64,000 bases of DNA from an uncultured Anaerolinea sp. (GTDB taxonomy: Bacteria > Chloroflexota > Anaerolineae > Anaerolineales > Villigracilaceae), in NCBI GenBank assembly GCA_964436455.1, contig CAYTDB010000006.1, positions 11,372 through 75,371 of the forward strand, written 5' to 3'. Both the position numbers and the translations under genes were made by a program. Below, piece after piece: positions 1-9,437 of this stretch (positions within the stretch are counted from its first letter, which is position 1; every line of letters starts with the position of its first letter). A model generated the notes under the pieces. That model was not told where the DNA came from, searched no databases, and saw nothing but the letters and a program-made list of their open reading frames with translations.

Positions 1-89
1 CCATTCCGACCATGCTGGTCATACTGGCCGGTTCCGTCCTTATGATTTGGATCGTAAAGGCGGTCCATCGTCAATCGTACCAACACTGA
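1..89 (+). CDS. 3' end of a small membrane protein (possibly GlsB/YeaQ/YmgE stress family), truncated by the window edge
   Basis: The frame from nt 3 reads IPTMLVILAGSVLMIWIVKAVHRQSYQH*, a hydrophobic helix followed by TGA at 87-89. Confidence 0.4.
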   Translation, partial: IPTMLVILAGSVLMIWIVKAVHRQSYQH

Positions 90-345
90 TTGTCCAATCC
101 TGGCTTACAGTCAGATGAACAGGCAAGGACAATTCTGGCTCTACCGTTTTTAACGGATAGATTCAAGCAAACTAATTTTGAAGGGCAGATTTCACCAATT
201 TTGCAGGCAAATGAGATTGTTCTTCGAAGATTTGCCTCAAGAAATTTTGCATAGATTCAGTTGCGCAGAGTTTTCCCGTTAATTACGGGAGAGCCACAAT
301 TCTCTAATCAAAATGGGGGCAAACCTTAAGTAAGGAAAGGTCAAA

Positions 346-759
346 ATGTCAAACGAAAATCGAGTTTCAGAAGTTAGAACGTCACAACGCGAACCGGAAC
401 GTGAACAGCGTATCTTCAGTTTCAAGCTGACCCAATTGGTCTGGCTGTTGTTCGGGACCCTCATGGCTTTGATCGCGCTCCGCATCGGACTTAAGTTAAT
501 CGGCGCCAATCCCGAGAGTCCAATCGTCTCGCTGATCTATGGATTTACCTACCTGTTCCTGTTCCCCTTCGAGGGATTGGTCGCCTCACCGACGATGGGC
601 AGCATGGTGCTCGAACTCTATTCCATGTTTGCAATACTAATCTATGGACTGATCGCCTGGGCTGTTGAAAGAACCGTCTGGTTGATCTTCTACCGTCCGC
701 GCGGACCAGTGGTGGCTGTTACCGAAACCAGCACCAGCGAGAGCCATACCCCCCGATAA
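346..759 (+). CDS. YggT-family membrane protein
   Basis: 137 aa; LRIGLKLIGANP..IVSLIYGFT..FLFPFEGL pattern; AAGGAAAGG RBS. Confidence 0.75.
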   Translation: MSNENRVSEVRTSQREPEREQRIFSFKLTQLVWLLFGTLMALIALRIGLKLIGANPESPIVSLIYGFTYLFLFPFEGLVASPTMGSMVLELYSMFAILIYGLIAWAVERTVWLIFYRPRGPVVAVTETSTSESHTPR

Positions 760-774
760 ACCCAGGAGGCCGGA

Positions 775-945
775 ATGGACAATCCCTTCCGTCAACAAGA
801 GACCGAGACATAGCATTCGAACGGCTTTTTTGTCAGCCTGCAGGTTTTCAATGGCATCCTGCAATGGCTGGCAAGTCTTGTTTGGTTGACAGAAGATGAA
901 CAAGAGGATGCAGGTATTTATCTCGATCACCAGGGAGACGAATAA
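775..945 (+). pseudogene. 56-codon small protein interrupted by an in-frame TAG (811-813)
   Basis: AGGAGG RBS, then MDNPFRQQETET*HSNGFFVSLQVFNGILQWLASLVWLTEDEQEDAGIYLDHQGDE*. Confidence 0.5.
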
Positions 946-1027
946 ACATCCGTCAATAAGTATTTGCCCTGCAAATACAATTCACGAACCGCAACAAGCG
1001 GTCATTAGTTCAAAAGGAGAACACAAA

Positions 1028-1381
1028 ATGATCAACGAAAATCAGGAATATACACATCCCGCAAATAACACGCTGAGCGTTATGCTTGGCATGTTGATCG
1101 GCGGTCTGGCTGGCGCTATGACAATGCTGTTGCTGGCACCGCAATCCGGGAAAGATACCAGAACACAGATCCAGGAAAAAAGCATTGAACTGCGCGACCG
1201 GGCCACCGGAATGGTGGAAGACATCATGGCGCAGGTGCACTTGAACGCAAACAAAATCACGGCAGGTGGACGCGAAAAAGCCAAAGAATTGCTTCAAAAG
1301 GGTGAGGAACTGGTGATCGAACAATTGGACCATGTATCCGATGCTGCAAAAGCCGGAAAAAAAGCGATCCGAAGTTCCTGA
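1028..1381 (+). CDS. YtxH-domain protein
   Basis: GMLIGGLAGAMTMLLLAPQSGKDTR YtxH motif; AAAGGAG RBS before ATG 1028. Confidence 0.85.
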   Translation: MINENQEYTHPANNTLSVMLGMLIGGLAGAMTMLLLAPQSGKDTRTQIQEKSIELRDRATGMVEDIMAQVHLNANKITAGGREKAKELLQKGEELVIEQLDHVSDAAKAGKKAIRSS

Positions 1382-1431
1382 TGCCAAGAACGGCACTTTT
1401 CTGCTTGTAAACAATTAAGGAGACCAAAAGT

Positions 1432-1608
1432 ATGAAGCTCAAACTTACTGAACCAAAAGTCGTTACTTTTTGGATTGCCGTGGCGCTCGCGCTGCTGGGT
1501 ATCCTGGCTTCACAGGGGATCATTTCCGGACTCGCCAGTTATGCTTTTTGGCTGGTGGTGGCTGGGTTTGTTCTATTGGCAGTCGCCAACCTGGTCAAGG
1601 ACTTGTAG
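1432..1608 (+). CDS. 58-aa two-helix membrane microprotein (absent from the ORF track)
   Basis: AAGGAG RBS; MKLKLTEPKVVTFWIAVALALLGILASQGIISGLASYAFWLVVAGFVLLAVANLVKDL*. Confidence 0.75.
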   Translation: MKLKLTEPKVVTFWIAVALALLGILASQGIISGLASYAFWLVVAGFVLLAVANLVKDL

Positions 1609-1837
1609 AAATCGGGCTGGAAGGTGGGAAATGTCCCTTGATGGCTCAAATGTCACCCAGTCCAGGATGCCCGGGTGACGCCACGATTAATCAACGATCC
1701 AGCGTTTACCTCAAAAAGGAGCACCCAATGAACAAAAAAGGCACTACCGCAAAGCTCACTTTTTAACTCTCTGGAAATCCGCTGAAACATACCCATATCT
1801 GGGCTAAATCAGCAAGTAGAAGCCTTCCACTCTGTTT

Positions 1838-2305
1838 TTGGCGGTAGGCGGTAAAGTGTCCCATAGAAGCACCCTGACATGCAATAGTGACTTTTGCGGT
1901 AGTGCCAAAAAAGTTGGTTTGTGGATCAACCGCAGTAAAGCTGTAATTGTAAGCATCGTCAACGATGTTGAGGAGAGAAGAATAATCACCTCCGATATGG
2001 AGCATTATGTCCTTTACTCAACCGTTGTCCCTGGGGATGGCGCGCCGGAAGAAGTACGCGACAGGCGTTTCTGGAACCATCTCGGCGAATACTACGACAA
2101 GATCATCGAGCATATTCAAGATGCCACGGAGATCCAGATCTTGGGCCCGCGAGAGGCCAAGTACGAACTCCAAAAACACCTTGAGAGTAAAGGACTGGCA
2201 GGATATATCGTCAGCCTGGAAGATGCTGAAAAAATGACGGATCTTCAGATCATAACAAGGATCCAGAAGCGTTTCCCAACCCGCTCCCGATTTGATCTTT
2301 CCTGA
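1838..2305 (+). CDS. eRF1-domain-2-like / host-attachment-type small protein (start uncertain)
   Basis: GLWINRSKAVIV...YYDKII..I.DA.EI.ILGP.EAK.EL...MTD.QI; paralog of 14479-14868. Confidence 0.65.
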   Translation: MAVGGKVSHRSTLTCNSDFCGSAKKVGLWINRSKAVIVSIVNDVEERRIITSDMEHYVLYSTVVPGDGAPEEVRDRRFWNHLGEYYDKIIEHIQDATEIQILGPREAKYELQKHLESKGLAGYIVSLEDAEKMTDLQIITRIQKRFPTRSRFDLS

Positions 2306-2314
2306 ATGAACGTT

Positions 2315-2368
2315 TCTCCCCCGAGCGGCAGAGAATAACATTCCCCAACCAACAATTACAACTGGGGA
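2315..2368 (+). promoter_or_regulatory. 54-bp upstream element, copy 1
   Basis: 41/54 ungapped identity to 6921-6974; contains TCTC..GAGA and TCCCCA..TGGGGA dyads. Confidence 0.6.
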
Positions 2369-2426
2369 GCACTTATGTGTCTGATCTGCTGAATATGAAC
2401 GAATAATTTGGAGATTAATAACGAAG

Positions 2427-3371
2427 ATGAAGAGATTCTTGATTCTTAATGCTGGCTTGATTTTATTATTACTTGCGGCCTGCAGTGCACTAAAGCCAAC
2501 GCCTGCACAACCAGTACCGGCACCGACCACAATGGAAAATCCCGCCACAGGTGTGCAATATCAATTTGTCACCAATAAACTTCTGTTACCAGCAACACGG
2601 GAACAGACACACGCTTTTGCGCTGAATGTGGATAACGACTCACAACAAAATCCCGATAACAAATTTGGAGAACTGCTTACGTTGTTGACTTCCGTAATCC
2701 CCGGCCTCGAATTACAGTCAACCCTGGATCAGGCGGTGGATACCGGTCAACTCGTCTCGCTTCACATGGTGAAGACAGACGATCCTCTGAATGATCCGAG
2801 TGTTTCGTGGTCTATATTCCTGGGACAAGGGGCTCAATCAGCGCCCAGCTTCAATGGCACAGACCAATTCACACTCGATTCAGGGACGCCTCTTAATTCA
2901 CCGATCATTGGTTCGCTTACGAACGGCCGTTTTGCAGGCGGACCGGGTGCGGCGCAAGTCCGGATGCTTTTGCTGGGTCAGCGGGTCGAGGTGGATTTGA
3001 TCGGGGTGCACCTTGAAGCAGACTTCAGCGCGGATGGATGCGTTGACGGGAAACTTGGCGGCGGCGTGACCGTCGAAGAGTTCCGCAGCAGGCTTCTTCC
3101 TGCAATTGCTGACGGTCTCAATCAAATTGTAAAAACAAATAATGCTGCAAAAACGCCGCTCCTGCAGGCTTTCGACTCAGATAAGGATGGGGCAATAACC
3201 GCGCAGGAACTTGAGAAAAATCCCGTCCTAATGATCGCGGTCTCTCCTGACCTGGACCTGCTGGACTCGTCCGGAAAGTTCAACCCAGGCCAAGACGACG
3301 TGAAAGACTCGTATTCAATGGGTCTGGGCTTTACTTGTGTCCCTGCCACCTTTGTTGTGCCAGGTAATTGA
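2427..3371 (+). CDS. Hypothetical lipoprotein with an EF-hand-like loop
   Basis: Lipobox LLLAAC, Pro/Thr linker, DSDKDGAITAQE loop. Confidence 0.75.
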   Translation: MKRFLILNAGLILLLLAACSALKPTPAQPVPAPTTMENPATGVQYQFVTNKLLLPATREQTHAFALNVDNDSQQNPDNKFGELLTLLTSVIPGLELQSTLDQAVDTGQLVSLHMVKTDDPLNDPSVSWSIFLGQGAQSAPSFNGTDQFTLDSGTPLNSPIIGSLTNGRFAGGPGAAQVRMLLLGQRVEVDLIGVHLEADFSADGCVDGKLGGGVTVEEFRSRLLPAIADGLNQIVKTNNAAKTPLLQAFDSDKDGAITAQELEKNPVLMIAVSPDLDLLDSSGKFNPGQDDVKDSYSMGLGFTCVPATFVVPGN

Positions 3372-3479
3372 TCCGTGTTTTGGTATAGCCTGAAAAGAGC
3401 AGATTTATGAAAAGACGCAACATCGTATTGAGACCAGATCCCGTGTGGGTTTTGATCACTCACGAATAGAAGGTCAGGG

Positions 3480-4757
3480 ATGGCACTTCCATCTTTGCAA
3501 CCATATGATTGGACATTTCGGCGGATCGTGGGGGCGACCCTGCTGCTGGTTTCTGTCATTCTTGGCTTCTGGCTTCTCTATCGTTTTTACCAGGTCGTTT
3601 TCATCTTATTTATCGCGATCGTGATAGGCACAGTAATAAGGCCAGCCGTATCCTGGTTGCACCAACGCGGACTCCCTAAAATAGCGGGAGTCCTTCTTGT
3701 CTACCTCATCTTGCTCATCCTGCTTACAGGCTTCCTGTTGTTGTTATTCCCGTTGATCGTCAAGCAAAGCGCAACGATTGGCGCCGCGGTGCCGGGCTAT
3801 TACCAAAGCCTGCGCGAGTGGCTGGGTAATTATCCCAATCAATTAATAGTGCGCCTGGGTGAATTCCTTCCGACTACGCTCCCAAGCCTGATGCCGCTCA
3901 CAACGCAGCAAACGGGACAGGATGTGATGGCTTCGGCAGGGCAGGCACTGGCGTACCTAACATTGATCGCCAAGGTTGTCTTTACAGCCATGGTGATTCT
4001 GGTACTGGCCTTTTACTGGACGCTTGATGGACCACGAACCATTCAGTCATTCTTAATGCTCCTTCCACAAGACCAGCGCGATAGCATCAGCGAACTCATT
4101 TCTGCCATGGAAATCAAGGTTGGTTCCTACATAGCTGGACAAGGTGTCCTATGTCTGGTCATTGGCATTATGGCACTACTCGCTTATCTACTCATCGGCT
4201 TACCCAATGCCCTGGTGTTGGCGCTCATGGCGGGAGTGTTGGAAGCTGTGCCAATAGTTGGACCGTTGCTTGGCGCCATTCCCGCGGCGTTGGTTGCGCT
4301 GTCCATTGCGCCCGGCAAGTTGATGTGGGTCATCGTCGCAACAGCCGTTATTCAACAATTGGAAAACAGCCTGTTGGTGCCGCGCATTATGCGCAAGGCG
4401 GTGGGAGTCAATCCATTCGTCACATTATTGGCACTTTTTGCATTTAGTTCTTTGTTCGGCATTGCCGGTGCGCTTATGGCAATTCCCATGGCGGCCATTA
4501 TTCAACTCCTGCTTAATCGCTTTGTCTTCCATCCATCCATGACGGAGTCGGAGGTCTCGGCTGGCCGGGATTATGCCAGCCGGTTGCGCTACGAAGCACA
4601 GGATTTGGCTCAGGACCTGCGCAGACAGGCACGACTCAAAAAAGGGGGCTCGGACTTAAGGGTCAAGCAGATCGATCAAGTGATGGACGAGATCGAAACG
4701 ATTACGACCGACCTGGATAGTTTATTGACCCAGGTCAGTAATTCGGACGTATCATGA
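3480..4757 (+). CDS. AI-2E family transporter
   Basis: Multi-TM; IQQLENSLLVPRIM and GIAGALMAIP motifs. Confidence 0.9.
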   Translation: MALPSLQPYDWTFRRIVGATLLLVSVILGFWLLYRFYQVVFILFIAIVIGTVIRPAVSWLHQRGLPKIAGVLLVYLILLILLTGFLLLLFPLIVKQSATIGAAVPGYYQSLREWLGNYPNQLIVRLGEFLPTTLPSLMPLTTQQTGQDVMASAGQALAYLTLIAKVVFTAMVILVLAFYWTLDGPRTIQSFLMLLPQDQRDSISELISAMEIKVGSYIAGQGVLCLVIGIMALLAYLLIGLPNALVLALMAGVLEAVPIVGPLLGAIPAALVALSIAPGKLMWVIVATAVIQQLENSLLVPRIMRKAVGVNPFVTLLALFAFSSLFGIAGALMAIPMAAIIQLLLNRFVFHPSMTESEVSAGRDYASRLRYEAQDLAQDLRRQARLKKGGSDLRVKQIDQVMDEIETITTDLDSLLTQVSNSDVS

Positions 4758-5992
4758 CCATGACAAAGCAAATAGTGATGTTTGGTACAGCCGTAATGAC
4801 CACCTTGCTGGCAGTGGTGTCGCTGTGGCAATTTCGTATTGCGGTCGTTTACGTTCTGGTCTCGCTTGCGCTCGCAGCAACATTCCGTCCATTAATTAAG
4901 GATTGGTCCCGGCGCGGCCTTGCGATGCGTCTGGCACTGATTTTGCTCTATCTTGTCAGCCTGGGCGGTTTTGGTTTCTTGATCTCGCTTGCCGGCAGGT
5001 TTGCGATCAGTGATATACAACAATTAGCCCAAACACTGTCGGTACAGGATGCCTGGAGAGTGCCGCCATGGCTGGAGAGCAGTTCATTCGACCAGACATT
5101 GGTTGCGCGTCTGCCACCGCCAAGTAAACTCTTCGAAGCAGTTACGGGCGACCAGGGACAACTTGTACTTCCAACCCTGCTCGGTTTTACGCAGGGTATT
5201 GGCGGTATCGTGAGTGGCTTGTTCATACTCCTGTTCTTGAGCATCTATTGGGGCATCAATCAAATTCATTTCGAGCGGCTCTGGCTCTCGCTTCTTCCAT
5301 CTGAACAACGCAAGCAAGCGCGAGATATTTGGAGGACGATTGAGTCTGACCTAGGCGCTTACATACGCAGTGAGGTAGCCCAAAGCCTGTTGGCGGGCTT
5401 GATGTTAGGCGTTGGTTATTGGCTGCTCGGGTCCCAATATGCAACACTGCTGGCCTTGATCGGCGCGCTGGTCTGGTTGATCCCCATAGTAGGTGCGATC
5501 CTGGCGGTGATTCTCCCCCTTTTACTTGGACTTCTGACCAGTGTTCAGTTGAGCCTGTCAACGGTTTTCTATACACTCATTGTCGTAATTATCCTGCGAG
5601 TTTGGGTCAAGCCGCGCTTTTACAAACGCAAGTGGGGCAATCCTGTTTTGACTTTAGTCATAATCCTGGCTCTAGCAGACGCTTTCGGCATTGTCGGTAT
5701 CATCGTAGCGCCGCCTTTATCCGTGGTATGCCAAATCCTTTGGAGCCACCTGGTCAGGGACCGCCTTGCCCCAGGAGCCCCAACTCAAGTTTCGGATCTT
5801 AAAGAACGGCAGATACGCCTATGGACTGTCATAAAGGAGATGGATGAACAGCCTCCGCCCCTGGTGATCAGCAGTATGGAACGGCTCACCCACCTGATCG
5901 AGAAGTCTGAGCCAATTCTGCAGGCGGCTCTACAGGCTGGACCCTCTGATCCATTCCACCCACCGCTGTCTCTCCCCGCCAAAAATGACTAA
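4754..5992 (+). CDS. AI-2E family transporter (second, divergent copy)
   Basis: Multi-TM; LIPIVG and FGIVGIIVAPP; ATGA overlap with the upstream gene. Confidence 0.85.
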   Translation: MTMTKQIVMFGTAVMTTLLAVVSLWQFRIAVVYVLVSLALAATFRPLIKDWSRRGLAMRLALILLYLVSLGGFGFLISLAGRFAISDIQQLAQTLSVQDAWRVPPWLESSSFDQTLVARLPPPSKLFEAVTGDQGQLVLPTLLGFTQGIGGIVSGLFILLFLSIYWGINQIHFERLWLSLLPSEQRKQARDIWRTIESDLGAYIRSEVAQSLLAGLMLGVGYWLLGSQYATLLALIGALVWLIPIVGAILAVILPLLLGLLTSVQLSLSTVFYTLIVVIILRVWVKPRFYKRKWGNPVLTLVIILALADAFGIVGIIVAPPLSVVCQILWSHLVRDRLAPGAPTQVSDLKERQIRLWTVIKEMDEQPPPLVISSMERLTHLIEKSEPILQAALQAGPSDPFHPPLSLPAKND

Positions 5993-6890
5993 GTTCATGA
6001 CACGGTTAATCCAACACAGCATCGACAACGTAAACAGGATTAATGAACTGACACGCGGTTGGTTATGGATGCTGACAGATGCGACAAGGGAAACCCTAAA
6101 GCCCAAGACGGTGATTACGGCCGCAGCTATTGCCTACTTTGCCCTCTTCTCCATCTTTCCCATCACCCTCTTAAGCATTGCCGTTGCAAGTTTCAGCCTT
6201 GGTCCGTCAATGGACCGGCAGATCATCATTCAGAGGTTGGAGTTTATTGCGCCAGCCATGGGTCAATTGTTGGGGCAAAACATTGATGAAATTATCGAGG
6301 CGCGCGGACCAGTTACCGGCATTGCGTTGGTCGGTCTGATCTGGTCCGCCTCGACGGTTTTCTACACATTTACTCACACCTTGAATCAAATTTGGGGGAC
6401 TAAACGACGTCGCTCTGTCTGGAAGCGGCGTGGTCTGGCAATACTTTTTGTCCTGATCTTCGTCGGCCCGGCGCTTTTCCTGGCATCATTTGCCGGCAGT
6501 ATGATCGCCCATCTCCGTGCTTTTTTACCCGACTCAATCATTTCACTAGTGGGCGGAGGCAGTGCAGTGCTGGCAGTTCTGCTCGATGTTGCTTTGTTTA
6601 TGGCGCTTTATATGATGCTCCCGCGTGGGGCTTCAACATGGCACGAGATTTTACCTGGCGCAATCGCGGCTGGTTTCCTTTGGGAACTGGCAAAAAAAGC
6701 TTTCCTTGCATTTATTTCCGCCTACATCTCCCTATCGAACCTGGTCTATGGTTCAGTGACAGCTATTATCGCCTTTCTTGCCTGGGCATATCTGAGCGGA
6801 CTCATCTTTCACTTTGGCGCTTACTTAAGCGTTTTTTATTTTCAACTCAAACAACAGCAAAAAGAATTACCAGACAAACTACATCAGTAA
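5985..6890 (+). CDS. YihY/virulence factor BrkB family membrane protein
   Basis: AAAIAYFALFSIFP and VYGSVTAIIAFLAWAYLSGLIF motifs. Confidence 0.9.
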   Translation: MTKFMTRLIQHSIDNVNRINELTRGWLWMLTDATRETLKPKTVITAAAIAYFALFSIFPITLLSIAVASFSLGPSMDRQIIIQRLEFIAPAMGQLLGQNIDEIIEARGPVTGIALVGLIWSASTVFYTFTHTLNQIWGTKRRRSVWKRRGLAILFVLIFVGPALFLASFAGSMIAHLRAFLPDSIISLVGGGSAVLAVLLDVALFMALYMMLPRGASTWHEILPGAIAAGFLWELAKKAFLAFISAYISLSNLVYGSVTAIIAFLAWAYLSGLIFHFGAYLSVFYFQLKQQQKELPDKLHQ

Positions 6891-6920
6891 ACACCGATAG
6901 AGGCAGAGGCAGTATCAGGG

Positions 6921-6974
6921 TCTCCCCCAACCGGCGGAGAACAACATTCCCCATCCGATGGATGTAGCTGGGGA
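6921..6974 (+). promoter_or_regulatory. 54-bp upstream element, copy 2
   Basis: 41/54 ungapped identity to 2315-2368. Confidence 0.6.
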
Positions 6975-7027
6975 TTTTTGATTGTATGATGAACTTGTAG
7001 AATAAATCACTCAAAAGGAGAAATCTC

Positions 7028-7186
7028 ATGTTGTGGACTATCATCGTAATTCTGGTAATTCTGTGGCTGCTCGGTTATTTCGGTCGGAGCATCAGTCCAA
7101 GTTTCCCGCAAACAGGCGGTTGGATCCATACTCTGCTCGTTATTGCCGCCATCCTCATCGTTCTGAACCTGCTGGGGATCATATAA
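7028..7186 (+). CDS. lmo0937-family (DUF5670) small membrane protein, 52 aa
   Basis: AAAGGAG RBS; MLWTIIVILVILWLLG...GGWIHTLLVIA. Confidence 0.85.
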   Translation: MLWTIIVILVILWLLGYFGRSISPSFPQTGGWIHTLLVIAAILIVLNLLGII

Positions 7187-7261
7187 ATCAGCGTTTCGCC
7201 GAAAACAGGGGAGGCAGCCTACCCGGCCGCCTCCCCATATTGACAAGAAAGGAGAATTCCA

Positions 7262-7321
7262 ATGGTATATACCATTATTGTAGTACTGATCGTACTGTTC
7301 ATCATTGGCTACTTGCGATAA
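7262..7321 (+). CDS. 19-aa hydrophobic micropeptide
   Basis: AAAGGAG RBS; MVYTIIVVLIVLFIIGYLR*, similar to helix 1 of the preceding protein. Confidence 0.5.
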   Translation: MVYTIIVVLIVLFIIGYLR

Positions 7322-7362
7322 AGCAAATACATTAATCATCACAACTTTGAAGGAGGATCTTG

Positions 7363-7800
7363 ATGAAGAACTGTAATGATGTAATGACCAGGAACCCGGC
7401 CTGCTGCCTGCAAAATGACACCGTGTTAAAAGCGGCTGAGTTGATGAAGAGCGAGAATGTCGGTGCAATACCGGTTGTAGAGAACGAACAGACCAAAAAG
7501 CTGGTCGGCATTGTGACAGACCGCGACCTCACCTTGAGAATCGTAGCCGAAGGGCTCGACGCCAAAGTCACCAAGGTGAAGGCGGTTATGACACATAAGG
7601 TGATAACCTGCCGCACTGAAGATGATTTGCAGAAGGCGCTGGATGCGATGGCTGAGCATCAATTGCGCCGCATACCCATCGTGGATGACGACAATAGGAT
7701 TGTAGGGATCATCGCCCAGGCTGACGTTGCGACACGCGTTGATCAGCCTGAAAAGACCGCTGAAATGGTCAAGGAAATTTCCCAAGCCAACGGGCAGTAA
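7363..7800 (+). CDS. CBS-domain protein
   Basis: VGAIPVV..LVGIVTDRD and LRRIPIVD..IVGIIAQAD tandem CBS motifs; AGGAGG RBS. Confidence 0.9.
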   Translation: MKNCNDVMTRNPACCLQNDTVLKAAELMKSENVGAIPVVENEQTKKLVGIVTDRDLTLRIVAEGLDAKVTKVKAVMTHKVITCRTEDDLQKALDAMAEHQLRRIPIVDDDNRIVGIIAQADVATRVDQPEKTAEMVKEISQANGQ

Positions 7801-7843
7801 AAGTTCTTTATGGTCAAAAGAACGAGTGAAAAGAAAAGGAGAT

Positions 7844-8785
7844 ATGAATCGTTTACGCGTTGCCTCTATTTGCGTAACTGTGTCGGTGATATTGATCCTG
7901 TCCGCCTGTTATACCCCGCCGCAGACAACACCGTCTCCGGCGGAGTTGTTGATGGGTACACCGGCACAAGTTAGCGCGCCCTGTGAGGCATGTGACCAGG
8001 CAACTCTGGCAAGCGCGCTGACCCAGGAGAAAAATTACGCCGATATTCAGGCGGCTTCCACCGCCGAAGTAATGCGCGCAAATGCACAGGCAACCTTGAA
8101 TTCAGCCAATGCAACGTTAAGTGTGGCGCAGACCCAGGACCAGAACAATGCCAACGCCATTGCCGCCCAGATCGCGGCGACTGCCGAAATTGTGCGCGCA
8201 AATGCACAGGCGACCTTGAATTCGGCCGGTTCAACTCAGAGCTCCGCACTGACACAGGATGCGATCCGTCAGACCCAAATAGCGGACCTGGCGACTACAG
8301 GCGCGCAATCTTTGCTGGTTCAACAGAACAAAGACGATCTCATTGCCGGTACCCAGACGGCCATTTCCAATAATATCGCCACGCAAACCCGGGCTGCAGC
8401 CGCAACATCGCAATGGTACACAGATCAAACACGCCAACGCGAAGAGGAAAGACAGGGTCCGATCGCCTTTCTCTGGATGTGGTGTCTACCGATGTTCATT
8501 TTATTATTCGCGGGCCTGGTCCTTTGGGGATTCTGGCGCTGGCTGAAGATTCAACAAGCCAATCAACGTATTCGTGTAAACCCGGTTGAACAATTGCAGG
8601 TGCCACCCGTTGAAGTCATGCACCATCACCACGATGATTCGGTGCCGTACGTTGAAAGCGACATTATAGATGCCCGTTATCAGCCTGAAAGACCTGACGA
8701 CCAGGTACGAGGATGGCTTGAGGAAGTCAAACAGAATCTATCAAGACGCGACAAGGAAGATGAAGATGATCACCCCAACAATTGA
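7844..8785 (+). CDS. Ala/Thr/Gln-rich lipoprotein with a C-terminal TM helix
   Basis: AAAGGAG RBS; lipobox LILSAC; CEAC; repeated RANAQATLNSA; TM segment near the C-terminus. Confidence 0.7.
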   Translation: MNRLRVASICVTVSVILILSACYTPPQTTPSPAELLMGTPAQVSAPCEACDQATLASALTQEKNYADIQAASTAEVMRANAQATLNSANATLSVAQTQDQNNANAIAAQIAATAEIVRANAQATLNSAGSTQSSALTQDAIRQTQIADLATTGAQSLLVQQNKDDLIAGTQTAISNNIATQTRAAAATSQWYTDQTRQREEERQGPIAFLWMWCLPMFILLFAGLVLWGFWRWLKIQQANQRIRVNPVEQLQVPPVEVMHHHHDDSVPYVESDIIDARYQPERPDDQVRGWLEEVKQNLSRRDKEDEDDHPNN

Positions 8786-9437
8786 GCCTCATCATTTCGA
8801 TCAAGAAGCCCGGCGGGTTAGAAATCAGGTGTCGGCGATCCTGACACGCTGGGGCCTGTTGCCGCGATTTAAACGTTGGCGATTAACACAGGACCCAGAT
8901 ACTGGCATGATCGTACTGTTTGGCATACTCAATAACCGTTATATAGCCACACACACGTCCATCCCTTTCAGTGACTACTTTGATCCGCGTTTATTATATG
9001 ACCTTGCAAACGAAATCCAATTACAAGTAGTGGCTTGCAATAGCGATGGTCTCCGTTATGCCTTTATCCTGGATCGCAGCCGGTTTGGCAGACTGCCCAC
9101 CCATATAGACTTCCCTTTTATTGACAACGGCAAACTTTTAGCCAGGGTTGTTTACAATGACAACCCGCCATCCATGCCAGCACCACCCGTGGAATTGGCT
9201 GAGGCTGACGACGAAACGCTGGTGCGCGAGGGGGTGGGAGCGTTCCTTAAGGTCTTTGACGATATAAGACTGCGGGATGACGCTGCCGTACAGCTCTCTG
9301 CGCAAGATCCGCCCAATATCGTGGTGATTGATGAAGATGAATTCAAAAGAAGGGTGGCGGAGCACGAAGCGAACAGTCGTAGGTTAAAACAGATCGACGC
9401 TCTAATCGGTGGTGTTACAGAGGAGAAAAAATTATGA
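8760..9437 (+). CDS. Hypothetical protein
   Basis: Long ORF overlapping the upstream stop; no motif recognised. Confidence 0.6.
   Translation: MKMITPTIEPHHFDQEARRVRNQVSAILTRWGLLPRFKRWRLTQDPDTGMIVLFGILNNRYIATHTSIPFSDYFDPRLLYDLANEIQLQVVACNSDGLRYAFILDRSRFGRLPTHIDFPFIDNGKLLARVVYNDNPPSMPAPPVELAEADDETLVREGVGAFLKVFDDIRLRDDAAVQLSAQDPPNIVVIDEDEFKRRVAEHEANSRRLKQIDALIGGVTEEKKL

Noticed and set aside
8060..8230. Direct DNA repeats as a possible CRISPR or tandem array
   Set aside because: Only two copies, in frame within a protein; no CRISPR-like repeat-spacer pattern was seen anywhere in the window
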